Shown: in pieces, positions 12,321 to 25,574 of the stretch
Numbering within the stretch: position 1 is the stretch's first letter
Layout: each line of letters starts with the position of its first letter
Translations under genes and position numbers: made by a program
Assembly: GCA_964016885.1 (NCBI GenBank)
Contig: OZ024740.1
Location: forward strand, 150,784,001 to 150,848,000
Direction of reading: 5' to 3'
Origin: Eledone cirrhosa
Taxonomy: Eukaryota
DNA: 64,000 nucleotides
The notes under the pieces: model-generated
The model's input: only the letters and a program-made list of their open reading frames with translations
Told to the model about the DNA's origin: nothing
Databases searched by the model: none

Positions 12321-12361
12321 CAAATACCCTTGTCACTAAAACATTCATCAAAGACACACCA

Positions 12362-13311
12362 CTAATAATAATTTCCGATTTAGGACAAGGCCAACAATTT
12401 TTTGGAGGAGGGAAAGTTGATTAAATCAACTCCAGTGCATTACAGATGCCTTGTTTTATCGAACCCGTAAAGGATGAAAGGCAAAGCTGACCTCGGTGGG
12501 ATTTGAACTTTCAGACTTAATGGCCCGTAACTCTATGCTGCAAAGCTAATAATTGTTTCTACTTTTGGCACAAGGCCAGCAATTATCTAAGTGTATTACT
12601 GGTACTTTATTTTATCGATCCCGTAAGGATGAAAGGCAAAATTAACCACGGCGGGATTTGAACTCAGAGCATAAATGGCCGTAACTCTTTGCTGCAAAGC
12701 ATGGTGTCAGACCTTCAACCGATACTGCCAAAGCTAGTAATTGTTTCTACTCTTGGCACAAGGCCAGCAAATACCCAGTACATTACTGGTACTTTATTTT
12801 ATCGACCCCGTAAGGATGAAAGGCAAAGTTGACCTCGGCGTGATTTGAACTCAGTATGGCAAGGGCCGTAACTCTATGCGTCAAAGCATGGTGTCCGACT
12901 CCCTACCGATACTGCCAATCCACAGCCAAAGTTAATAATTGTTTCTACTTTTGGCACAAGGCCAGCAATTAACCAGTACATTACTGGTACTTTATTTTAT
13001 CGACCTCGTAATGATGAAAGGCAAAGTTAAACGCGCCGGGATTTGAACTCAGATCGTAAAGGGAAGTAACTATGCTGGAAAGCATGTCTGACCCTCTACC
13101 GATACTGCCAATTCAATGTTAGCTAATAATGATTTCTAGTATAGGCACAAGGCCAGTAATTTTGGGGAGGGGAAAGTCGATTAAATCGACCCCTGTACGT
13201 TACTGGTGTTTTATTTTATTGACCCCGTAATGATGAAAGGCAAAGCTGACCTCGATGGGATTTGAACTCAGACCGTAATGGGCCGTAACTCTATGCTACA
13301 AAGCTAATAAT
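12362..13311 (-). mobile_element. Head-to-tail array of five SINE copies
   Basis: Five recurrences of 'ggcacaaggccagc...tttattttatcgacccc gtaaggatgaaaggcaaag...gatttgaactcaga' at about 185-195 bp spacing. Confidence 0.85.
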
Positions 13312-13699
13312 GTTAGTTGATGCTGATGCCAGTGTCAACATGTTAACAGACTATGACAGCAATCAAGACAAGTATAAACTTTGGAGACATTTATCTTAGA
13401 TTTTCGTATAATATTTCACACAGGCGCTTCCTGTTTGAAGAATTTTAATTAAGGAAATAGTATATAACTGTAAATACACACACAGATGACATTTATATTC
13501 TAGATGAATGTCGCCTTCACCATCAACACAACCTTTACAACTCTTTAAGTATTAATTATCCTCAGGCGCTGAATATTGCTAATTTTGCCTTTTCATCTTG
13601 TGTGTCCGCAACCATCTCTGACGAACTCTCTTCTATTTTCGAACATTTCGTCGATCAAGATGAAAATACATATTGTTTCTTCTCTTCCTTTGGTGAGTC

Positions 13700-14700
13700 A
13701 GAATTAACAGTGCATAACATTCGCTATACGAAATAATGTTGAACGAGAAATAGCCCATTTTGAACAGGTTGACGTCATTGAGAAGTTTAAATGCCGCACG
13801 TCTTGGGTGAGTACAGTGCTGCTGCCGACTGTAGATGACTTAGTTGCTATGTCAATTCTTTTACTGTATTCAGTAAGCTGGATGTGTCGAATGCATATCG
13901 CCCGCTCTAGCTGGTCGCGTCATTTATGGCTGTATCGGTAAAAAAATACTACTATTTAGTATCAATGGAATGTCTGATATCTTTCAGAAGGCAGTTGCAG
14001 ATGTTTTTAGCGAAAGTCATGATGCTTATTTTTTTATCTGTGAAATCAGAGACAATTTTAAGGATCGAAGTAAACCAATATGAAGTCAACGTTAAAACGC
14101 CTTCAACATTCCGGAGCTAAATTGAACAGAAAAAATGCCTGTTCTTTGCCCAGGAGCGCTTGTGGAGAATAGTCATACATGATCCCTAAAGGCTTCAGGC
14201 CAGCATTGAAAGTAACTTCCTCAAAGTCACTTCAAGCGACCATAAGTGAATCTTTGTGATAGTTCGAATTCAAGTAACTTCAGAAATTACTGTCAAAAGG
14301 TGGTTTGAATATATATAAGAATTGTATCTCCCGTGTTTGTATCGAATGGAAGTAAAACAGTGGCTATGGTGTACATTGTGGAGCATTTTTGTCCATACGT
14401 GTTCGAGGCAAGGAGGTTTTCTATCACAGCAAACCACAAACCAATTCTAAGCATTTTAAAATGCCAGAAACCAGCCACGGCTCATAGAGAGCAGTATAGA
14501 CTTTGCCTCATGCGGTATGCTTACAGTCTTATATATTGTAATGAGAAATATGACATAAATTCAACAGATTATCTCTGTAGATATCGACACCGTCAACCTG
14601 TATGAGGCAATGTATGTGAAAGGGACAATCACTTCAGAGCGAACAATTCATTTCCCCAAACCTGGACCCTATAAACGTTTAAATAAGGGAACGAAATGAA
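13700..14700 (+). mobile_element. Degraded Gypsy (Ty3) LTR retrotransposon pol fragment
   Basis: VFSKLDVSNAYR at ~13866 (RT motif FSKLDLxxAY) and VAMVYIVEHFCPYVFEARRFSITANHKPIL (RNase H motif ..HF..YL.G..F...TDHKPL); boundaries approximate. Confidence 0.7.
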
Positions 14701-14830
14701 AACGCATTAGCAAGATATTAGTGACGGAATCACATTAGAAATTAATCGTTACTTTAATATAGCGAATTTTCACGATGATTTCTCTACCAATAAAGATACT
14801 ATAACGGCTTGAATAAACGAACCCATTAAG

Positions 14831-14881
<51 letters not shown>

Positions 14882-15818
14882 CTAATAAATCATTTTAGAA
14901 CTTTAAGAAATTACTTTTCATATCAGTTTAATTTTTTTCACACTTTCTGTGCAAATAGAAGGAGTTGTAATTTCAATTTAAGTAATATGTCTAAAGAGAG
15001 GAAGGGATGAAGTGTAGAGTAATTGTATGCAGTCACTGCCATTGTTTCGATATCAAGGAACCGAATGCAGTAACAACAGAATAAAAGGAAATTCATGTGC
15101 TATTGCGTGTGAGTCAGCAATAGCCGCTCAATAAATGAATACAAAAAAGCTATGCATCTCCTGTTTTTTGTCCAGTGTAAGTAAACCAGCTTTCTCTTTT
15201 GATCATACATTTTCTCAGAAATTGAAAACATCTACATCAATGTATGTATGTATGTATGTATGTATGTATGTATGTATGTATGTATGTTCTTCTGGTTTTA
15301 TAATTTCACAAATTTTTTCAAATAAAGAGAGTCGGTTTCTAACATAGACACAATACTCTCTCATTTGAATTTACACAACATCAACTAGGTAGATTATGTA
15401 TGCATGCATGTGTAGATATGGATGTTATTGTATGTGTGGATGTGTATGTTTTGAGTTGTATGTGTGCATGTGTATATGCTTTGTATCTGTACATGTGTAT
15501 ATGCAGTTATTAGATGCAACATTTTTGGAATGTTTTAAATAATTTTACTGGATTGTACTTGTAATTTCCTAATTAGTTGTATTCTTTCTGTTCTATGTAT
15601 GTATGTATGTATGTATGTATGTATGTATGTATGTATGTATGTATGTATGTATGTATGTATGTATGTATGAATGTAAGAATTAACGGAAGGTTGTATATAT
15701 ATGTGTGTGCGTGCGTACGTGTCTGTGAATGTATGCATGTATGTATGCATGTATGCATGTATGTATATCTATGTATGATTGTGTATATATATATATACGT
15801 ATATATATATATATATAT

Positions 15819-16449
15819 ATGAAATACCAATGATGGTTGGAAAATCACTGACGAAGGACTATTTTTATCATATGTAACCCATGTGCAACCACGCAGTATT
15901 CTTTCTTCTCATGTTTTTTATATATATTTACCTCGACTGCGTTTGTTTGTTTCTCTCTTACTGCTTCCCCGCTCTCTCTGTTTCTCTCACCTTCTTTCGC
16001 CCCCTCTGTTAGTTACACTTTCTCTCGACTGACCTGACCTCTTCCTCGCACTTCCACTCACTCACTCTCTGTTTCTCCCCTTCTCACTTCCTCCCGTTTG
16101 GCTTGTAGTGGGTTCTCTTCTTGCTTACATCTCACACACGTCAGACGGTCTGTACCTCTCTCGCTCATGAAATCCACCCAGCTTATGCTGACCGGACAAC
16201 CATGTTGCTTGTTTATTTTCCTATCTTTGGTTTGCTTTTATCCTTCCTTCTATGTTGTTTACTTGTCCCCCTCGCTTTACGCGATTTTCTGGTCCCAATA
16301 ACATTTTTTAGTTATTGCTCGCACCAACCTGAGGTATATGATTTTTAATGCGATGAAATACCAATGATGGTTGGAAAATCACTGACGAAGGACTATTTTT
16401 ATCATATGTAACCCATGTGCAACCACGCAGTATACTTCTTTCTTCTCAT

Positions 16450-16453
<4 letters not shown>
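15819..16453. mobile_element. Short element with ~97-bp terminal direct repeats, inserted in (TA)n
   Basis: 15819-15915 matches 16353-16453; pyrimidine-rich interior resembles PLE 3' regions. Confidence 0.7.
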
Positions 16454-16497
<44 letters not shown>

Positions 16498-16524
16498 AAA
16501 TTTCGCTCTACATGGCTGAATATA

Positions 16525-16784
16525 ATAAATGTAATCTGAGTTTTTCGAATATTAATAATAACATTCGATTTGTTTGCAATTATGCAAACAAGCCTAAATT
16601 TTATAGCCATGTCAGTAGAATGAACACTTCATTCTTGCTCTTATGTTGGCATGCGAACGCCAACATAAGAGCAAGAATGAAGTGTTCATTCTACTGACAT
16701 GGCTATAAAATTTAGGCTTGTTTGCATAATTGCAAACAAATCGAATGTTATTATTAATATTCGAAAAACTCAGATTACATTTAT
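16525..16784. repeat. Perfect palindrome, 126-bp arms with an 8-nt loop
   Basis: 16525-16650 is the exact reverse complement of 16659-16784. Confidence 0.9.
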
Positions 16785-16919
16785 ATACATATATATATAT
16801 ATGAAATAGGAAAAGAGTCAGGACCCGACGGCTGAGCTCCGGCCGTTTCGAATCGACAACTAGATCCGGATCTAGCTGGTACGTTAAGGTCCACCTGGTA
16901 TCTTACCACACCTTGTTTG

Positions 16920-16980
<61 letters not shown>

Positions 16981-17329
16981 AAGGTGAAATAGGGATAGAT
17001 GTAGAGAGAGAGGTAGATAATCTGTAATGTACATTTTGGAAACAAAAAGGTGTATTTAATACTAAAAGTAAGGGGAGTTGCTTCATTAGAAGCTGGGACT
17101 TCAAAAATCGCTACTCTTCTTGGTGTTTTTCGGATGATTAAGAAAAATAAAACAGTAATTTAACTGCATACAACTACTTTTAAATAGCACAACATGCTTT
17201 TGTTGGTTAAAGGTAAATAGCAAAGGAATGTTATCTGTTGTCAATATAACCATTACAATAATATCTACGATAAACAACATTGAAAATTTGCGTTATTTGA
17301 TTTAACAGAATTTGGCATAACCGACATTT

Positions 17330-17990
17330 TCACAGCATGTTGGTTAGTAGACAATCATATCTCTTTTATTGATCAGATATTTAGGAGCTGTCTTCCGTTC
17401 CTGAATCGCAAAGGCTTTTCTATCACAAGACTAGAATAGGTTACTTTTCATGCAAAAGTTATTATTAGATTGTTATTCTGTATCTTGCGGGATATGTACC
17501 TCCTGCCAAATTTTTTTATTGATATGCTCAGTGTTTTCCTACAAGTGTCCGCTTAAGTCAGTCATTCGTGTCTCTCTTGCATGACATAGAGAACAGTTGC
17601 ATAACTATATGCGGCTGTTCCTCTCATATTATTTTGTTATTTTGATGTTATTATTTTCCATTCTGAGGACACATATGATGTACTTATTCCCCTCTTTACT
17701 CCTCAGTAGTTCATGGCTGAGTGATTTGATGCAACTCTCAAATTCCTTTTCTGCTAACCTTATGTTTTCTCCCATCTTCCGTCTAATATGGATCCTGTCA
17801 GTGTAACTTCTGATGTTGAAGATACCAATGGTTGTTAATATCTTTCTTGTCATAATGTATAAGATTCGGATCTTTTCAAGTGTGTAGTCAAATATTCTAA
17901 ATGTTACCATCAATGTCAACGCAAAGGTTTTATGAACTTATCGAATACAGAGAACTGTGATAACTATATACCTACCAAAGTCTGCTGAAG
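17330..17990 (-). mobile_element. Degraded non-LTR RT C-terminal fragment, R4/Dong-like
   Basis: 'MTRKILTTIGIFNIRSYTDRIHIRRKMG' resembles the R4-clade motif KTRKLLT..G..HPKSD.DRLY.PR..GG. Confidence 0.5.
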
Positions 17991-18550
17991 TGTTCCTTTG
18001 TTACTTTCAACGTCAACATTTTCATGAATCCCGAAAAAACCCCCAAAACTTTAAACATCGGAGAGAATGGAAAGAGAGAAGCCCGAACTGGTTTGTTTGA
18101 TGAGGTTCGATAAAGTCCCAAACTCCTTTCATATCCCTTTCCTGCTCACTACTTCATATTTTCCCAGTAAATCCGTTTCAAGCAATCCGTTTAAATGTTA
18201 TACATAACAAACTATTAGTCTGTAGTATATTGCACTAACTAAGAGATAACTCCCATGTCATTTTCCATTAAGTAGCATTACAAGATCAGCATAAGACTCT
18301 TTTGCTGGTGATGCCATATGATTAAGAGAAAATATTTACACAGTATTCTCTCCGTAGGTTATTTAACCAAGCTATATCATGATTGTGTTATGTATTTACA
18401 TTCTCAGAATAATATTAGATCTCTCTTTCATGCTCAATATCCAATTTGAGGGTATAATATAAACTTACGGTTTTAAGGCAATTCGTTTACATGTGTGCAT
18501 CTATGGTCAACATTTGATTTACAGCTCCTTGTTTGTGTTTCTAGATCATT

Positions 18551-18738
18551 GGTGGATTGGCATTATCGGTAGAGAGTCTGACGCCATGCTTTACAGCAAA
18601 GAGTTACCGCCCTTTATAGTCTGAGTTCAAATCCCGCCGAGGTTAACTTTGCCTTTCATCCTTACGGGGTCGGTAAAATAAAGTATCAGTAATGTATTGG
18701 GTAATTGCTGGCCTTGTGCCAAAAGTAGAAACAATTAT
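18551..18738 (+). mobile_element. tRNA-derived SINE
   Basis: Full-length match to the 2254-2444 family. Confidence 0.85.
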
Positions 18739-19199
18739 TTTACTGTCTCTTGTCGTTATTTCTAATAGATTCTGAATAATTTATCAGTAAGTCTCAGCTG
18801 GCACTTCGTGAAATCATTATTTACTGTAGAAACAATTATCTACTTTAGAGCTAATGATAGCACATAGACACAGCATGACTAATTGGTTAGGAAGTTAGCC
18901 TCACAATCATTAGGTTCCAGATTGGACTCAACTGTGTGACAGCTTGGTCAACAGTCAGTTACCATAGCTTCAGATCGACCTAAGCGTTGTGAGTGAAATT
19001 GGATTGACGGAAATTTAAATTGCAGGTACAGTCGTACGACTGAACTTGCCATATAAATGACCGTCTTTGTTACATATTGTGTCACACTGAATCCCTCTGA
19101 TAATAATATTATGGTATAGATGTTTGTTGAATATTCAGCCACTTACATATTAATTTCATGAGCCAGCTGTTCCATTTTCAAACACTAATTCTAACAGAA

Positions 19200-19770
19200 C
19201 AAAGATGAAACAATACGACCAAACAGTCAAGCAGCACTGAATTTTTCAGTAGTTCATAGTTAATAACACCATTGTATGTATTTACCTTACCAACAATAAC
19301 ATACAGGATCAAGCCCCGAGACACTTGAACTTCTCCACCTGCTTCAGTGGAACTACATTGAAATGTCGAGTGCACTGCGCAGGCTTCCTTGAGAGGACGA
19401 GTGTCTCAGTTTTCGCCGCACTCGGCATCAAACCTATGAAGCGCAAGTCGGAGATAACCTTCTTTCGAGTCACACCATGTAATCTGCCAATTCCAGCTGA
19501 CTGATTTTACACCTGCCAGTTGTGATACCACTTCCAACCCGACTGTTTATGCCAATTCCGTTCATGAAAATAAGAAACGGGGAGGTAATAGTACGCACCC
19601 GTGATGGAGTATGAACCCCACATTGAAAGATTTCGATTTAGCACCATTTACCCGAACAAAAGCACTTGGGCATTCGTTTAGAGACACCAGGGCAAAACGA
19701 AGCTGACCATCGAACCCATACTCTTGCAGAACCTTCAAAATAGGTCCCAAGAAACGCGGTCATATGGCTG
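19200..19770 (-). mobile_element. Degraded RTE-type RT fragment
   Basis: LKVLQEYGFDGQL...FVRVNGAKSKSFNVGFILHHGCVLLP resembles the RT 'GVRQGCVLSP' region. Confidence 0.6.
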
Positions 19771-20105
19771 AATTACGTGCAAGAAGTTTACGAACCAAAC
19801 ATAAAATAAAACAGAAGTGGCTCCACGTTAATTCTTGCTCTAATAGAATAGGTGCGTTTTACATATCTAATTTCAAATGTATTCTGTGTCAAGCTGAGAA
19901 TTGTGTTAAAGGTACACGTGTCTGTAGATCTTTTAGCTTCTTACACATAAATTTCATGAGCAGGCTGCTTCAATGATCGCACAACTGGTGCATGTTTTTC
20001 ATATGCGTGAAGTTATTAAAAAATAACAAAAAACAACAGGGCCAATCTCTCTCCCTGCCAGCGAGTCTTTATTAAACTAGATCGTAAAATTAGTTACAAT
20101 TTCAA

Positions 20106-20181
<76 letters not shown>

Positions 20182-20191
<10 letters not shown>

Positions 20192-20993
20192 AGAATCAAA
20201 GCTATGTTCAAAGCATTTATTCACTTACAATTGTTTCATCCAAACCTAGGCCCGGGAGTCTTCGGAGCATTTTTCAATGTTTGTACACATAATTGACCTC
20301 CTTTCCAACGCAAGAGACATACAGATACATATGTATATATTGATGTACAGTGGAGTGACATATATTATATTATATTTCTGTATAGCAATTCAGATTCAAA
20401 ATCAAAATAACATTAAAACAATATCAAAGCAAAATTAAAATACAATCACCAGTTAACATAGATAATGCAAGAGGATAGTTTGTTAGTCAGATGTAGTAGT
20501 TATTTTAATTATTTTATGCGTTAGTTACACGTGTGTCTCATTTGTATATGATTATTGTGCGGCAGGGTGTTACATGTAATAGAAGCATGTAGCACCCTGC
20601 CGCAGAATAATCATATATAAATGAAACACACGTGCATGCCCCACGTGTAACTAACGCATAAAATAACTAAAATAACTACTACATCTGACTAACAAACTAT
20701 CCTCTTGCATTGTCTATGTTAACTGCCGATTGTATTTTAATTTTGCTTTGATTTTGTTTTAATGTGATTTTGATTTTGAATTTGAATTGCTATACAGAAA
20801 TATAATATAATATATGTCACTCCACTGTACATCAATATATACATATGTATCTGTATGTCTCTTGCGTTGGAAAGGAGGTCAATCATGTGTACAAACATTG
20901 AAAAATGCTCCGAAGACCTCCAAGCCTAGGTTTGGGTGAAACAATTGTAAGTGAATAAATGCTTTGAACATAGCTTTGATTCTTGTGAATTCT
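20182..20993. repeat. Large fold-back (~390-bp arms) with degenerate UUGAAAA-type hammerheads; probable inverted PLE pLTR
   Basis: Arms reverse-complementary with scattered substitutions; + strand 20898-20949 reads UUGAAAA...GAAAC-AAUU-GUA; lies just upstream of a PLE ORF remnant. Confidence 0.8.
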
Positions 20994-21149
20994 ATATAAC
21001 TGCTCTGTAGAACAACTGATGTTATTACATTGAGCTATTTATCTTACTGGTAATAAGGTAGTAATAAATTACTGACCTTCACTGTTTAGGGTTTAAAATA
21101 TATATAACTATAAAAAGTTTTAGTATATACATAACCATAAATAGTATCC

Positions 21150-21221
<72 letters not shown>

Positions 21222-21299
21222 ATTGTGTTCTAACAACATTATTGGCCCTACCATAGACAGGTAGATACCAGTATATATGCTCCCTCTAGGTTGAGCTCT

Positions 21300-22355
21300 A
21301 ATTGGTAAATAACCAAATAGCAATGGAAAAACAATACTTGGTAGGAACATATCTGAAAATCATACCTATTCCTTGTAGGAACGAGGATGTATATCTTCTA
21401 ATACAAAATACAAATGCTCTAATAAGACAAACTAGATGGCACGCTTCCCACTTTGATAAGAAAACTGACAAAATAACCGGGAATAAATCTATAACTTCAG
21501 AACATGCACATAATCCTCTACTCGACAATTTCGAAAAGGATCTCTCTCATGAAAATGTCTATAGAAACTAAATTTAGGTAACACAAATCCAACTCCCAAA
21601 AGGAAATAAATTCTATAATCACTGAATTAAGGAATTAAAGTACATGTCCACTCTAATAAAACTGGAGACTTGTATCATATGACCATAGAGGAAAATAAAA
21701 ATTTCATCCGTAAAGAACTTAGGAAGAACTATAAGAAAGCGGATAACAATGCACTTAAAAATAAATCAATACTATATCATACAATAGTTAATCAACTTAA
21801 TCTAGAATATCGAACGGAACCTTTCCAACCAAAATGCCCGAAGTTCAACTTCAAGGACCATAGAGTAGATTTCCTAAACAATGCTTCAATCAGATTCCTC
21901 AACTCGTCAAAATACGACATCGGTAAGATTAACAAAGTAATTTTAGATAGGATTATACCACAAGTGAGGAAGTACGTGAAACTCCCACTTTGAGAAAACA
22001 CCGACGAAGTAATCGAATCGTTTACTTACCTAAAGGAGAAGGAAGTGACTTCTTTTCTCCATATTGACGTGTATTAGTCATATATCTCACAAGGGCATTG
22101 GATCGGCAGTATCGGTAGAAAAAGGTATGCCATAACCAAGAATAAGATAAATATTCTACATGCCACAAAAACTATAATAGAATTTGAAGATGAACACTGG
22201 ACACTGAAATCGTATAGTAACTATTTCGATATTATCATAGATTCCATGTACTACGCTTAAATTCCCGATCTTGTGGGCTTAGTTTTCTATTCAAATTAAA
22301 GGATTATTATCTTGATATAGGCGAAGGAATATACCGTGACGATTGTCTATTAACC
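21300..22355 (+). pseudogene. Penelope-like element RT, degraded
   Basis: LIRQTRWHASHF; FKDHRVDFLNNASIRFLNSSKYDIGKINKVILDRI; IYRDD-like motif at ~22330; many stops and frameshifts. Confidence 0.75.
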
Positions 22356-22360
22356 TCTCA

Positions 22361-22520
22361 TTAAATCGGCCCTAATGCATTACTGGTGCTTTATTTTATT
22401 GACCCCGTAAGGATGAAAGGCAAAGCTAATCTCGGTGCGATTTGAACTCAGAATGTAAAGGGCCGTAACTCTTTGCAGTAAAACATGTCCGACGATTTAC
22501 CGATATTTCCAATCCTCCGC
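22361..22520 (-). mobile_element. tRNA-derived SINE (partial)
   Basis: Reverse complement of the SINE core and head. Confidence 0.75.
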
Positions 22521-22569
22521 ACATGGACGTTACTACTAATAAAATCCCTTATAAACAATTGACTTCAAT

Positions 22570-22890
22570 AATACTAACTTGGGCGAAGTCTTTTGTGACC
22601 GAGCCATCCTTTCAAGGGAAAATACTACCCACTCAAGTCTTAGGAGAGGTCTAGAAAAGGTGACCCAAACATTGTCTGCTCCACAATCAAGCTGGTCATC
22701 TACCTGTGGTTAACAGCTATTCATATCGGCAGGAAAAAACAAAAGAAGAATTTTTAAAAGAATATAATTACATTGAATGCTGGTAGGGAATTAATCAGGT
22801 ATAATATTGATAGAGTTGCATTCTCTGAGACCCGTCTTAATGGTGAAGGTTATCTATCAGAGAAGAGCTGCTGGCTATACGTCCTTCTGG
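22570..22890 (+). mobile_element. RTE-type LINE 5' end / AP-endonuclease N-terminal fragment, truncated by (GAA)n
   Basis: GRELIRYNIDRVAFSETRLNGEGYLSE...GYTSFW is typical of RTE/BovB endonuclease. Confidence 0.7.
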
Positions 22891-22944
22891 AAGAAGAAGA
22901 AGAAGAAGAAGAAGAAGAAGAAGAAGAAGAAGAAGAAGAAGAAG

Positions 22945-22976
<32 letters not shown>

Positions 22977-23472
22977 TAGGCATTTTGATTCTGATCTTCG
23001 TTGCATCTTATGAACAAATAGAAACCAGAATCGGGCCGATCATAATCGATTAAGGCATAGAGTGAAACACCTGTTCCGCGTGATTATGAATAAAATATGT
23101 AGAACTAAATCTTCGTTCTCTTTTACTCAACACACACACATACAAACACACGTACACCAAACATACATATACATTACATACGCATAATGTTACATGAATA
23201 CCTGGCTGATTGACCATCTCCAACACAATACAAACTTTACACACAGATGAGCTATCTTCTCACGCTTTCTTTTCTAATATTACTACAATGATCCTTGATA
23301 CGATGAAGAAATCTTAGAGATTTATTTTGTCTTATACATGAGTCAACAAGAGATGAACAATGGAAATGACGGAAAATGTTACTCATTGGCAGTATTGGTA
23401 GAGTGTCAGACACCATGCTAACCAGATTTCATTAGCTATATTTGGAACTTTTTCTTCTCCCTACCTCTAGAA

Positions 23473-23773
23473 CAGTGATTGCCAGTGTGGGTGCAATTTG
23501 AATACTTAAGGGGGTCATTTAAAAATGATGTTAATGAGAACAAACATGTTTTACTTTATTACTTTTACATCAAGGCAACTTTGGTACACCCTACTGTCAG
23601 AAATTCCTGTCTCACCTCCTTTTCCACATGATATTGTATCTGGCACCAATTATACACCAATTTGTTTACACTTAGCAGTCGATCATTGCTGTTTTCATAT
23701 CAATGAGGGTGGAGGTATAACAATTGTTTAGATGTTGCGGTGGGCATTGGAAACAAAAGGTTGGGAACCACTG
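23473..23773. mobile_element. hAT (Charlie-like) MITE
   Basis: Perfect 8-bp TSD ctctagaa at 23465-23472 and 23774-23781; TIRs 'cagtgattgcca' / 'tgggaaccactg'. Confidence 0.85.
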
Positions 23774-24126
23774 CTCTAGAAGTTTATATTGTGCTACGTT
23801 TTAAACATATATATTTCATATCTCTGTACGACCATCAATTTTGTAATAGATATTAGGCATTGGCATAATCGTATCTTGGTACTTTTCGCATATCTCACCT
23901 TTTGTTATTATTTTATTTTGCATCTTTTCCTCCTCTATTCTTATCATTAACTTTTTCCCATCTTTCCTTTCTTTTTATGTATTCTTTATGCGGCATGTTT
24001 TTTTATTAGTCTCATTCTATGTTCATCCTTCATTTCTAACCTTAATTTTATTATATTTTCACATTGATTCTCACATGTGCCTGATCCTCTATTATGTTAA
24101 ACAGTAGCTTGGTTGATTTTATTCTC

Positions 24127-24237
<111 letters not shown>

Positions 24238-24575
24238 ATAACCATTGATATTGAGCCTTCCTTTCTCCTATTTAACTGAGAAGTTGGCGTTGCCATTTTG
24301 ACTGTTGTTTTAGAAACTCATGCAACATCTTACCGTCTGCATTAATTAGCTGTAAATGTAGTTATTTTCTGATCTTAAGCATCCTATATATTATGCACTT
24401 AATTCCCCTTTGTAAGTTCGAAATTTCAAACTTCACCCATGATATTTGTTTACATTTTCAAAAGCTGTTTGATTCATCTCTTTAATTTAGACGGTAAGAT
24501 GTTGTCAGAGATCCCTTAGATCAATTTATATTGATATATATAGCCGATGACTTCGTTTCAGTATTATTATATATA

Positions 24576-25075
24576 CTAGCAGAAAAACCACCCTTCGGGT
24601 GGTTTTCTGCTAGCATGTGTAGCGTGTATATTGATATTATACACAAATATATATGCATGTAGATATGATATATCAAATAAAATCGTAATTGACAATATAC
24701 ACAGAAATTAAACGAAGACTGTGTTACATTGTCTTATGTAATCAGTAACGCAATCCATGATATATTAAAAAAAGACGATATTATATATAAACTGCTTAAG
24801 TAGAAAATTAACGACGGAAATATATGCGATATTTTTATAAGTGTTATTATATAACTGTTTCTACTTTAGGCACGAGGCCAGCAATTATCCAGTGCATTAC
24901 TGGTACTTTATTTTATCGACCCCGTAAGGATGAAAGGCAAAGTCAACCTCGGCGGGATTTGAACTCAGATTGTAAAGGGACGTAACTATGCTGGAAAGCA
25001 TGGCGTCCGACCCTCTACCGATACTGCCAATCTTCTGGACGCCGTTCCGCACTCCTTACTTTATTATAGTTTAGA
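24576..25075 (-). mobile_element. Non-autonomous Helitron with a nested SINE
   Basis: Minus strand: A|TC 5' end at 25075, CTAG|T 3' end at 24576, GC-rich hairpin ccaccc-ttc-gggtgg (24588-24602) just inside the 3' end. Confidence 0.65.
24855..25032 (-). mobile_element. tRNA-derived SINE
   Basis: Full-length reverse-complement match to the SINE family. Confidence 0.85.
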
Positions 25076-25130
25076 TATCGAAGCAAGTATTTAGAAATAG
25101 TGAAGTTCATACAAATATTTACCATTATAT

Positions 25131-25311
25131 GATTGTTTTTACTTTTGGAACAAGGTCAGCAATTACCAAGTGCATTACTGGTACTTTATTTTATCGATGC
25201 TGTAAGGATGAAAGGCAAAGTTAGCCTCGGCAGGATTTGAACTCAGAATGGCAAGGGCCGTAACTCTGTACGTCAAAGAATGGCGTTCGACCCTCTACCG
25301 ATAGTGCCGAT
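25131..25311 (-). mobile_element. tRNA-derived SINE
   Basis: Full-length reverse-complement match to the SINE family. Confidence 0.85.
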
Positions 25312-25514
25312 GATTGTGTAAATAAAAGCATTTGTATCATACTAGCATTTTTCAGACTCAATGTAAATTGTGGGACAGGGAGACGTCACTAGGTGGTGTT
25401 CAAATAGATTTCTTTATACAGAGGTAAAAATAAAGAAAATGTAAGATAGAATGGGTCCGAAATTTGTCTTCTGCCTAAAGCAGCGACAAATTGCACGTAA
25501 AACAACACACACAC

Positions 25515-25574
<60 letters not shown>

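Noticed and set aside
12362-13311. Regularly spaced repeats as a CRISPR-like array
   Set aside because: Units are whole ~190-bp SINE copies with no unique spacers, in a eukaryotic context with no cas genes
15821-15860. GAAA...CUGACGA as a permuted (type II/III) hammerhead
   Set aside because: No UH cleavage site with proper stem I/III pairing could be drawn
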